Source: Mobula hypostoma
Lineage: Eukaryota
Length of the DNA: 64,000 nucleotides
Direction: 5' to 3'
Assembly (NCBI RefSeq): GCF_963921235.1
Contig: NC_086097.1
Location: 81,656,001-81,720,000, forward strand
In this document: piece after piece, positions 22,888 to 34,307 of the stretch
Numbering within the stretch: the first letter of the stretch is position 1
How the letters are laid out: each line of letters begins with the position of its first letter
Notes under the pieces: generated by a model
Seen by the model: the letters and a program-made list of their open reading frames with translations, nothing else
Told to the model about the DNA's origin: nothing
Databases searched by the model: none
Translations under genes and position numbers: made by a program

Positions 22888-25392
22888 CTAGAAGGTGCAA
22901 TCACCCTTGGAAAAATACAGCCCTACCCAAACAGCTGTTAAGAATTATGACTGTCCGTTAATTGGAAACATTCCAAAAAAATTAAAATTATTTGAATGTC
23001 AAAAATTTTTTGTTTTACTTTTAAAAATTATAAAGTTAACTGAGCAGGGAAAAACACTTTCAATTAAAAACATCCAAAAACTCAAATATATCTTAATCCC
23101 TAGCACACTTAGTCTTCTACTGAAAGCAGAAAAGGAACTCTTGTACCAGTTGTAGTCTCGAGCAGATACCCGTGAGAGGCAGGGAATGGATGGTGATTCA
23201 CCCAAAGAAATTGAGCTGCAGGTGTCCAATCTCAGCAATCGCAGCTGGAAAAATGCTAGTGAGCAGTCGTCTGCAGATTTAGCAAGTTTGTGTGCATGGT
23301 AAATGGAGTTATCAGCATATCCCTGCAAAATACAGTCCACGCATCAATCTCTGTGGACTTCAACTTGTTGAACAAGTATTAAGAGAACAAAGCACAATTC
23401 CAATGACATTCAAAAAAAAGCATTATTTATTTGGATGCAAAACAAAATGGAAATATTTTTCCAACTGGGAAAAATCTTGCATTGAGTAGATAAGACCATA
23501 AGAGATGGGAGCAGAATTGGCCATTCAGACCATCAAGTCTGCTCTGCCATTCTCTCATAGCTAATTTATTTTCCCTCTGAACCCCATCCTCCAACCTTCT
23601 CCTTCTAACCTTTGACACCCTTACTAAACAAGAACCTATTGAAGTCCACCTTAAATGTACCCAATGACTTGGGTTAAGCAGATTCTACTTTGTGTCATAA
23701 GAAATGTAACATGCATAGACCTTGCATGCAGTTGGAACTTATACATAGTACTGGAAGCCACATTTGATTATTAGTGAATTATTCTTACTTATATATTTAA
23801 TTATTGACATACAGCTCGGAGTAGGCCCTTCCAGTCCTTCAAACCACACCATCCAGTAATCCCTCAATTTAATGCTAGCCTAATCACAGGACAATTTACA
23901 GTGACCAATTAACCAACCAATTGGTATGTATTTTGGACCGTGGGAAGAAAGCAGAGAACCTGGAGGAAATCCAGAGAAAAGTTAGTTTCTTCCTCTTTTA
24001 ATTGCCACAAAATTCAGACTTCTTTAACATTATTTAGAATCTTGTAATACCTTAAGAAGAAATTCATCATTTTAGGGAATGGCGCATTCAGGAGATGCAT
24101 GTCAGAGTCACGGAAGATGGCACTTAAGAAGAGTTTCATCTTTTAATCATACAACAAAGCTCATTCACAGTTGAAGCTATTAATTCAAGCAAAGGTGATC
24201 TTGGTGTCAAATCAGAAATTAACAGTATGCAAGTTTCCCTCAAACATTAAAATTAAGTTTCAAAGGAAATGACTAAAGAACTTGTTGCATTATCATAGCC
24301 CCTCTCACAGAGATACATGGAATAAATGACCGAACCCCTACATTTATTCTTGCTGAACATGGCAGAATTTCCCACACTGAAAAAAATTTGCACAAATTAC
24401 AAGATGAGCAACTGGCTAATTACTGTTTGTCCTTAATAAGAGGACAGCAACTCTTCAAACAATACCATTGGATTAACCCTAGCCATCAGGGTACCTAAAC
24501 AGAACATCTGCTTGAACTAATCCAAAGAACAGCCTAAGAAACCAACACTGCCTCAAGAATTGAGGATCAAGATGACACAAGCTGCTAATTCAGTATACCG
24601 TAGATGAACAGTGAACACCAGCACTATAACAAGCCATAAGGTCTTGCCATTTACAAAAGGTCTCTGCTTCAATACAATAATTTCTGCATACATAATTTGA
24701 AAATTAATGTTCTTTGAACCTTCATACTTGTACTATTGCAAGAAGGGAGTTTTTTGTTCAGTTAGTGGTGGTAGTTAGCGATGAATGCTACCCAAAGACC
24801 GAAAGTGAAAACTAGTGAGTTCCATGTACTGTAGGTGACACTGAATCCAATGGACAACAAACAGGGCTGGCAAATATTCATCTTAAATACCCTCAAGTCA
24901 TAAAATCAACATTCAGTATAACACACTAAACAAAATTCAACTGAGAATACAGTTGATCAGTATTGAGAAACAGAACAGAATGCACCAACTAGGTCTCAGA
25001 GAGAAAAATAAACAATAAAAGGAGGAGCTGAAGTAGTGACTTTGGACCTGACTATGTCTGAATCGTAATTTATATAAATATGCTCAATAATTAAATTCTA
25101 TAAAATCAGTTACATGCTACACTCAGGGATCAAGGCCTCCTGCACTTGAATGAAATAGCCTCACCAATAAATCCTGGCAGAGTTCTCAGACATTAGCTTC
25201 AGTTTGCAGTAGGGCAACTACAATCACTTCCTTAAATCAACCAAACCAATAAATATTAAAACAGAATGAGTAGATGTACCTTAAGACAAAGTAATGTTGT
25301 ACTGTCACTTACTTTGACAATACGAATTCTGATTTTTGCTTTAATTCTTCAGATCTGACTCTGCATTCATGCAGGCAAAAATATAAGCTCAC

Positions 25393-26048
25393 AAACGTGA
25401 GAAAAGCTGCAGATGCTGGAAATCCAAAGGAAGTTCGAGAAATCGATATTCCTTCCATCAAGTTGGAGGCCACCCGGATAAAATATAAGGTGTTGCTCCT
25501 CCAACCTGAGTGTGGCCTCATCACGGCAGTAGAGGAGGCCATGGACTGACATGTCGGAATGGGAATGGGAAGTGGAACTGAAATGGGTGGTTACAGGGAG
25601 ACTGCTTCGCGAAGTAGCTACGTTCCATCTGCCAGAAAAAGTGGCATGAACATTGATTTCTCGAACTTACAGTAATTGTTTCTCCCCACCTTCACCCATT
25701 TCCCATTCCTGTTTCCCTCTCCTTATCTGCCAATCACCTCCCTCTGGTGCTCCTCCCCCTTCCCTTTTTTCCCATGGCCTTCTCTCTCCCATCAGAGTCC
25801 CCCTTCTCCAGCCCCTTATCTCTTTCACCAATCAACTTCCCAGCTCTTAACTTCACCTTCTCTCCCATTCCTGGTTTCACCTATCACCTGCCACCTTGTA
25901 CTTCTTTCTTCCTCCCCTCCCCCCACCTTCTTATTCTGACTTCTCCCTCCCCTTCCTTTCCAGTCCAGAAGAAGGGACTCAGTCTGAAATTCTTTTCCAT
26001 AGATGCTGCCTGGCCTGCTGAGTTTCTCCAGCATTTTGTCTGTGTTGC
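25393..26048. mobile_element. Older PLE 3' fragment with inversion
   Basis: Antisense tail end plus antisense HGLLYCRDEATLRLEEQHLIF, then sense MNIDFSN and tail with a broken HHR at about 25962-25990. Confidence 0.8.
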
Positions 26049-26049
26049 A

Positions 26050-26350
26050 AATTATACACTGTTAGGCCTTCATCAAAGCGTTCATGAACTTTTGACAAGC
26101 ATGATTGGTCAGTGGATGAGCAACATTCAGTGTTGAGAACTTCAACTCCATTCAGTGAGAGCACACAGTTGCCTTATGTAAATGGCATAAAGAATACATT
26201 AGAGCGCCCGTCCGCATTCTCCATCTGGCACCTCCAGACCCATGAGGAGAACTCTGATTGCTACATTGGCCTCATCAGTCATCAGAGAACTCACAAATCC
26301 CAAGTGGAAGCAAATCATCCTTGACCCCAAGGGACTGCCCAAGGAGAAAA
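26050..26350 (+). mobile_element. RTE-clade LINE 3' remnant
   Basis: IGLISHQRTH-like C-terminus and gcaaatcatccttgaccccaagggactgcc tail. Confidence 0.5.
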
Positions 26351-26892
26351 CAATAAAATTAAATTCCTTCATCAGAGAGCTATTTGCTTCAAATGATGTA
26401 TAACATTAATTTTCTCATTCAGTGGTAAAGTTATTCAAAACTTCATATTTGATAAGGAGTGTGCAAATGTAACTATGGAACAGATCTCAAGCAGCTTTAT
26501 GTTTCCTTATATCTTTCATGATTAAACACTTGATTAGATCCTTGGCCAGATTCAGAGTGTGAACACTACAAGTACTTAAATCATAAAACCATGATATTGA
26601 GAACGACAATACATTTCTCACAACTGTTCCGATCTCATATGTTACTTCTACAATATTTCAGTATTTTGAAATCAAGAGGATATTTCCAGTAACGAACCAT
26701 ACAATGAAACCTGTGTGTTCATCTACAATTTGAAGGCATGAAGAGGGTGGATTCCAGATGAGCTAGTACCATCACCTATAGTATCAGCAAGGGATATTTT
26801 ATCTTTTCTGGAGAACATTATAAAATAGCAAGACCAAGAGGGTCAAGGTGAAAGCTGAGGCATCAATTCGTGAAACCTCTCTACTATAACCC

Positions 26893-27177
26893 TGTAGCGA
26901 TGTGCTACACACAGCACTAGAATAACCACACAGAGTCGGTGAGTTAGAGTTGCAATGAAAGAGATTTATTCAAACTTCGCGGCCCGCTTTAAAGTCTTCC
27001 TGTTCCCGCCCTCCCTGGGCGGGACTACTGTGGGGAATGCATATTCCCAGACCCTTTCTGCGCGCGGGATTTTCCCCCTGCTGGTGAAGACGGCCTGGCG
27101 CCCTTTTCGGGGCCGGCCCTCTGCCTGCGCGCGCTGTTGTGAGCCGGTTCGTGTGTGCCAGAAAGTGGGTCGCCACA
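26893..27177 (-). repeat. 3' LTR of the Gypsy element
   Basis: Direct repeat of 30977-31261; preceded on the minus strand by the G-rich PPT-like TTGGGGGGGCGGTTA. Confidence 0.95.
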
Positions 27178-27179
27178 TA

Positions 27180-30100
27180 ACCGCCCCCCCAAGACGGCGA
27201 TACCTCCCCCAATGTCCACAGTCTGGATCGGCCTCTGTTTGGGAGGTCGGCCCCTGCGCCGCAGTGCCTGAGCCTGGACCGGTTGCGCCAAGTCCACATG
27301 GGCCGGTTTGAGTCGGTCCACCGTGAAAACCTCTTCTCTCCCCCCAATGTCCAGCACGAACGTGGACCCGTTGTTCCTGATCACCATAAACGGCCCCTCG
27401 TAGGGCCCCTGTAGCGGTGCCCGGTGTCCGCCCCGTCGTACAAAAAGAAACTTACAGTTCTGCAGGTCTTTGGGTACGCAGGTCGGGCTCTGTCCGTGCT
27501 GTGAAGTGGGGATGGGGGCCAGGTTACCAAGCCTCTCCCGTAGTCTGTCCAGGACTGCTGTGGGTTCTTCCTCTTGCCCCCTTGGGGCTGGTATGAACTC
27601 TCCTGGGACGACCAGGGGCGCGCCGTACACCAACTCGGCCGACGAGGTGTGTAGATCCTCCTTGGGCGCCTTGCGGATTCCGAGCAGGACCCAGGGAAGT
27701 TCGTCCACGCAGTTAGGCCCCTCCAGGTGGGCCATGAGAGCCGATTTCAGGTGACGGTGGAAGCGCTCCACTAGTCCGTTCGACTGTGGGTGGTAGGCAG
27801 TTGTGTGGTGTAGCTGTGTTCCTAAAAAGCTGTCCATAGCCGACCACAGGCTGGAGGTGAACTGGGCGCCCCTGTCGGAGGTAATGTGGGCCGGTACCCC
27901 AAAGCGTGCTACCCAGGTTGCGATCAGTGCTCAGGCACAGGATTTGGAGGTGGTGTCGCTGAGCGGGACTGCCTCTGGCCATCTGGTGAACCGGTCTATC
28001 ATAGTTAGGAGGTACCGCGCTCCTCGCGACACTGGCAGGGGCCCCACGATATCCACATGAATGTGGTCGAACCTCCGGCGGGTGGGTTCAAACCGCTGCG
28101 GCAGAGCCTTGGTGTGCTGCTGCACCTTGGCCGTTTGGCACTGCATGCACGTTTTGGCCCATTCACTGACCTGCTTACAAAGTCCATGCCACACGAACCT
28201 GTTGGCGACCAGCCGGACGGTTGTCCTGATGGAGGGGTGTGCTAAGTTGTGAATGGACTCGAAAACCCGCCGGCGCCAGGCTGCTGGGACGACGGGGCGG
28301 GGTTGGCCGGTAGCTACATCACACAGTAGGGTCCTCTCACCTGGGCCTACGGGGAAGTCTTGAAGCTGTAAACCGGAGACTGCAGTCCTGTAACTGGGGA
28401 ACTCAGTGTCTGCCTGCTGTGCCTCTGCCAGCACTGCATAGTCCACCCCCTGGGACAGGGCCTGTATGGTAGGTCTGGAAAGTGCGTCCGCCACGACGTT
28501 GTTCTTTCCAGAGACATGCCAGATGTCCGTTGTTTACTCGGAGATGTAGGACAGATGTCGCTGCTGGCGGGACGACCAGGGGTCGGACACCTTTGTGAAC
28601 GCAAAGGTAAGCGGTTTGTGGTCCGTGAACATGGTGAAGGGCCTACCTTCTAAGAAGTACCTGAAATGTCGGATTGCCAGGTATAGTGCCAATAGCTCCC
28701 GGTCGAAAGCACTGTATTTGAGTTCGGGTGGTCATAGGTGTTTGCTGAAAAACGCCAGGGGTTGCCAGCGACCCTCGATGAGTTGTTCCAGCACTCCACC
28801 GACCGCTGTGTTGGATGCGTCCACCGTGAGGGCAGTAGGAACGTCCGTTCTGGGGTGCACTAGCATCGCGGCGTTTGCTAAGGCTTCTTTGGTTTTAACG
28901 AAAGCGGTTGCGGCCTCTTCGTCCCAGGTAATGTCCTTGCCCTTACCCGACATTAGAGTGAACAAGGGGCGCATGGTTCTGGCTGCTGAGGGGAGGAAAC
29001 GGTGGTAAAAATTCACCATACCCACGAATTCCTGCAGGCCTTTGATTGTGTTGGGTCGGGGGAAGTGGCGGACCGCGGCTACCTTGGCGGGCAGCGGGGT
29101 TGCCCTGTCTTTAGTAATCCTGTGGCCCAGGAAGTCGATGGTGTCGAGTCCGAACTGGCATTTGGCTGCATTGATTGTAAGGCCGAATTCGCTCAGGCGG
29201 GAGTAGAGGTGGCGGAGGTGGGACAGATGCTCCTGCCGACTACTGCTGGCAATGAGGATGTCGTCCAAATAGATGAATGCAAAGTCCAGTTCGCGTCCCA
29301 CCGCGTCCATTAGCCACTGGAAAGTCTGTGCGGCATTCTTTAGACCAAACGGCATTCGGAGGAATTCGAAAAGTCCGAACGGGGTGATAAGTGCTGTTTT
29401 GGGGATGTCGTCCTGATGTACAGGGATTTGATGGTATCCTCGGACGAGGTCTACCTTGGAAAAGATCCTTGCGCCGTGTAGGTTTGCTGCGAAGTCTTGA
29501 ATGTGCGGCACAGGGTAGCGGTCTGACGTTGTAGCCTCGTTCAGTCTGCGGTAGTCACCGCATGGTCTCCAGCCCCCCGTTGCCTTGGGCACCATGTGAA
29601 GGGGGAGGCCCATGGGCTGTCGGACCGTCGTATGATCCCTAATTCCTCCATCCTCTTGAACTCCTTCTTCGCCAGTCGGACTTGTCTGGGGGAAGCCTTC
29701 GAGCACGGGCGTGGAGGGGTGGTCCCTGGGTCGGGATGTGGTGCTGTACTCCGTGTCTGGGCATGGCTGCCGTGAACTGCGGTGTCAGTACTGATGGGAA
29801 ATCCGCTAGGACCCTGGTGAATTCATCGTCGGACAGCGTGATGGAGTCCAGGTGTGGGGCTGGCAACTGTACTTCACCCAGGGAGAACGTTTGAAAAGTC
29901 TTGGCGTGGACTAATCGCTTCCCTTGCAGGTCGACCAGCAGGCTGTGGGCTCGTAGAAAATCTGCCCCCAGCAGTGGTTGGGCCACGGCGGCCAGTGTGA
30001 AGTCCCACGTGAACCGGCTGGAGCTGAACTGTAGCCGCACCGTGCGGGTGCCGTAGGTTCGTATTGTGCTGCCATTAGTGGCCCTCAGGGTGGGTCCCGG

Positions 30101-30262
30101 TTCTCTGTTGCGGGTGTCGTAACTCGTTGGAGGTAAGACGCTGATCTCCGCTCCGGTGTCGACCAAAAAGCGGCGTCCCGACTGCTTGTCCCAGACGTAC
30201 AGGAGGCTGTCCTGATGGCCAGCCGCCGTAGCCATCAGCGGCGGCTGGCCCCGGCGTTTCCC
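27180..30262 (-). pseudogene. Gypsy Pol (PR-RT-RH-IN), broken by frameshifts and stops
   Basis: Split over ORFs 29639-30328, 28732-29706, 27931-28494 and 27025-27837. Confidence 0.9.
30217..30262 (-). promoter_or_regulatory. -1 programmed ribosomal frameshift signal (gag/pol)
   Basis: Slippery G GGA AAC in the gag frame, 5-nt spacer, perfect 12-bp stem GGCCAGCCGCCG/CGGCGGCUGGCC; pol is in the -1 frame. Confidence 0.8.
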
Positions 30263-30937
30263 AGGAATTTGCAGGGTGGTCTGCAGCGGCGGGCCTCTGT
30301 GCCCCACCGCTGGTGGTAGAAACACCATTGTTCGTTGGGCTCCTCACTCCCGTCACCGGGTTTTGTAGGCTCTGCTACCAGGCCTGGTCTGGTCTGTCGG
30401 GCACGCGGCTTGGTGATCTGTGCGACGGATGCCCCTCTCCCTTTCCTGGCATTCCACAGCACATCTGCTCGGGCCGCCACCTCCCGGGGGTTGCTGAAAT
30501 CTGCGTCGGACAGCAGCAGGCATATGTCCTCGGGCAGTTGCTCCAGGAACGCCTGCTCAAACATGAGGCAGGGTTTGTGTCCTTCAGCCAGGGCCAGCAT
30601 CTCGTTCATTAATGCTGACGACAGCCTGTCTCCCAAACCATCCAGGTGCATTAAGCGGCGTGCTCGTTCGCGCCGTGAGAGTCCGAAAGTCCTTATGAGC
30701 AGGGCTTTGAATGCTGTGTATTTGCCGTCCTCCGGGGGCGACTGTATAAACTCCTCAACTTGTGCAGCAGTCTCCTGGTCGAGGGAGCTCAGCACGTAGT
30801 AGTAGCGAGTGGACTCTGAGGTTATCTGCTGAATGTGGAATTGTGCTTCTGCTTGTTCGAACCATAATTGGGCTCGCAGCGTCCAGAAGCTTGGCAGTTT
30901 TAACGAAACTGCGTGAACAGATGCAGCGTCGGTCATC
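30235..30937 (-). CDS. Gypsy Gag (intact)
   Basis: MTDAASVHAVSLKLPSFW..WFEQAEAQF..CFYHQRWG..CRPPC. Confidence 0.8.
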
Positions 30938-30960
30938 TCTGGTCCAAATATCGTTTGGGC

Positions 30961-30974
30961 CGTCGGGGTCACCA
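30961..30974 (-). promoter_or_regulatory. Primer-binding site, tRNA-Trp
   Basis: TGGTGACCCCGACG is complementary to the tRNA-Trp 3' end (..CGUCGGGGUCACCA) and lies 2 nt after the LTR. Confidence 0.85.
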
Positions 30975-30976
30975 AT

Positions 30977-31261
30977 TGTAGCGATGTGCTACACACAGTG
31001 CTAGAATAACCACACGGAGTCGGTGAGTTAGAGTTGCGATGAAAGAGATTTATTCAAACTTCGTGGCCCGCTTTAAAGCCTTCCCGTTCCCGCCCTCCCT
31101 GGGCGGGATTGCTGTGGGGAATCCATATTCCCAGACCCTTTCTGCGCGCGGGATTTTCCCCCTGCTGGTGAAGATGGCCTGGCGCCCTTTTCGGGGCCGG
31201 CCCTCTGCCTGCGCGCGCTGTTGTGAGCCGGTTCATGTGTGCCAGAAAGTGGGTCGCCACA
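30977..31261 (-). repeat. 5' LTR of the Gypsy element
   Basis: Direct repeat of 26893-27177, about 12 mismatches counted by eye. Confidence 0.95.
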
Positions 31262-32565
31262 ACCCTTCCCTTTTCCTTGCCAATTTTTCCCCCAGAAACT
31301 GATGGGAGATTGAAAATCTGGCTGAGTGGTGCCACAACAACGATCTCTTACTCAATGTCAGTGAGACCAAACAGCTGATTTTTGACTCCAAGGGGAGGAA
31401 ACCAAGAGCCCTTAAGCCGGCACCTGCAGAATCTATTCTTACAGAATCTATTTTACAATTTCTTCCACGCCAACCAGTGACAATACCACTCAGTTTGAGA
31501 GATGGCTATTCTCCTTCTTTTGCCATGAGAAACTTCCAAATCCTGAGAGAAATGTATACCCAAAGTTACTCTTGGATTCTTTGTATTTAACCTGAACACT
31601 GCTCTGCAAGTTAATGTTGATCTCTTATATTGAGGCCTGGGAGAAAAAAAAACAGAAAATAAGCCCAATAAATGACTTTGCCAACGAAGTGGCTGTGTAA
31701 TAGATGAACAAGAAGCTGAGTGCAAGTTCTCTGAGTGTAGGAGTCGCCACTTTCATTTTATTTGCCTTGAAGAGTGAACTCCTCATTTTGACCACGGAAC
31801 TGCTTTACCTTGGTATTATATGGAATTAATAGATGCCAAGGGAAAGGTGGGCATTGGTTACTCAGCTTTTATCAACACTAATTTCATTTTTGTTCCGTTA
31901 AACAGAAGTAAACAATTTAAAGGAAAACACAAGGCTTTAAGGAGCAATCTTTTTAACTGGTTTTGCATAGCATTACCAACAAAGGAGAAATTTGAAAAGA
32001 CTGGAGAAAAAAACCATGCTTGAATGTAATCACAGTTATACATAATCGCTCAACTCTGCAAAGAATTTCAGAAAAAATTGTTCACAAGTAGCAAGCCTCC
32101 TTTTATCAACAAGGAGTCTCCTGGAAGACACCTCTCACAATGTAACCTGCTGTGCCAAATCTTACTGGCTGAGATAGTTATGGATAACCATGCACACACC
32201 AAGTCTAAAACTCACTGCCAGATTCAGTAGTATACACATTGATCAGCTAATTCTATATGTGAGTGTTTGAAGATTAGTAAAAAAAAAATTAACTGAGAAT
32301 GAGGCATATAAGAAAAATATTGCAAAATTGGAGCACCTGGGTCAGCAGTGAGACAATGAATAATCATATGGAAGAGCCACAAGGAACCATGGTCAATAAC
32401 GGAATGGAAAACAAATGAATGCTGGGGAATTGAAGACCAACCTCCCGGGAATGAAGGGAGTGGGAGCAGAAATAGGTCATCAGGCCCTACAAACCTCCTC
32501 AACATTCAAATGATCATGGCTGCTTTCTGCTGGTCTCAACTCTTCTCTGTACCAGCTCCCCATAA

Positions 32566-34307
32566 CCGATTCGAGATAAAGGTGGGAAGATGTGCCTGGA
32601 GGCTGTGGAAGTGAGCGAGGTCCTCAATGAATACTTCTCTTCAGTATTCACCAATGAGAGGGAACTTGATGATGGTGAGGACAATATGAGTGAGGCTGAT
32701 GTTCTGGAGCATGTTGATATTAAGGGAGAGGAGGTGTTGGAGTTGTTAAAATACATTAGGACAGATAAGTCCCCGGGGCCTGACGGAATATTCTCCAGGC
32801 TGCTCTACGAGGTGAGAGAAGAGATTGCTGAGCCTCTGGCTAGGATCTTTATGTCCTCGTTGTCCACGGGAATGGTACCGGAGGATTGGAGGGAGGCGAA
32901 TGTTGTTCCCTTGTTCAAAAAAGGTAGTAGGGATAGTCCGGGTAATTATAGACCAGTGAGCCTTACGTCTGTGGTGGGAAAGCTGTTGGAAAAGATTCTT
33001 AGAGATAGGATCTATAGGCATTTAGAGAATCATGGTCTGATCGGGGACAGTCAGCATGGCTTTGTGAAGGGCAGATCGTGTCTAACAAGCCTGATAGAGT
33101 TCTTTGAGGAGGTGACCAGACATATAGATGACGATAGTGCAGTGGATGTGATCTATATGGATTTTAGTAAAGCATTTGACAAGATTCCACACGGTAAGCT
33201 TATTCAGAAAGTTAGAAGGCATGGGATCCAGGGAAGTTTGGCCAGGTGGATTCAGAATTGGCTTGCCTACAGAAGGCAGAGGGTGGTGGTGGAGGGAGTA
33301 CATTCAGATTGGAGGATCGTGACTAGTGGTGTCCCACAAGGATCTGTTCTGGGACCTCTACTTTTTGTGAATTTTATTAACGACCTGGATGTGGGGGTAG
33401 AAGGGTGGGTTGGCAAGTTTGCAGACGACACAAAGGTTGGTGGTGTTGTAGATAGTGTAGAGGATTGTCAAAGATTGCAGAGAGACATTGATAGGATGCA
33501 GAAGTGGGCTGAGAAGTGGCAGATGGAGTTCAACCCGGAGAAGTGTGAGGTGGTACACTTTGGAAGGACAAACTCCAAGGCAGAGTACAAAGTAAATGAC
33601 AGGATACTTGGTAGTGTGGAGGAGCAGAGGGATCTCGGGGTACATGTCCACAGATCCCTGAAAGTGGCCTCACAGGTGGATAGGGTAGTTAAGAAAGCTT
33701 ATGGGGTGTTAGCTTTCATAAGTTGAGGGATAGAGTTTAAGAATCGCGATGTAATGATGCAGTTCTATAAAACTCTGGTTAGGCCACACTTGGAGTACTG
33801 TGTCCAGTTCTGGTCACCTCACTATAGGAAGGATGTGGAAGCATTGGAAAGGGTACAGAGGAGATTCACCAGGATGCTGCCTGGTTTAGAAAGTATGCAT
33901 TATGATCAGAGATTAAGGGAGCGAGGGCTTTACTCTTTGGAGAGAAGGAGGATGAGAGGAGACATTATAGAGGTGTACAAGATAATAAGAGGAATAGATA
34001 GAGTGGATAGCCAGCGCCTCTTCCCCAGGGCACCACTGCTCAATACAAGAGGACATGGCTTTAAGGTAAGGGGTGGGAAGTTCAAGGGGGCTATTAGAGC
34101 AAGGTTTTTTACTCAGAGAGTGGTTGGTGCATGGAATGCACTGCCTGAGTCAGTGGTGGAGACAGATACACTAGTGAAGTTTAAGAGACCACTAGACAAG
34201 TATATGGAGGAATCTAAGGAGGGGACTTATATGGGAGGCAGGGTTTGAGGGTTGGCACAACATTGTGGGCCGAAGGGCCTGCACTGTGCTGTACTATTCT
34301 ATGTTCT
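32566..34307 (+). mobile_element. CR1 LINE ORF2, 5'-truncated and young (single CGA>TGA-type stop at about 33724)
   Basis: KSPGPDGI, NYRPVSLTS, QHGF, PQGSVLGP, FADDTK; ttctatgttcta tail; inserted into an older antisense CR1 tail. Confidence 0.95.

Larger units (their letters stand above)
26893..31261 (-). mobile_element. Complete Gypsy LTR retrotransposon (gag, PR, RT, RNase H, IN) with a few disabling mutations
   Basis: 285-bp LTRs TG..CA, 4-bp TSD accc (26889-26892 and 31262-31265), PBS, PPT; motifs LVDTGA, YLDD, TVDAS, H-H-C-C zinc finger, DIVGP..SDRG..NGLVE, GPY.GPF. Confidence 0.97.
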
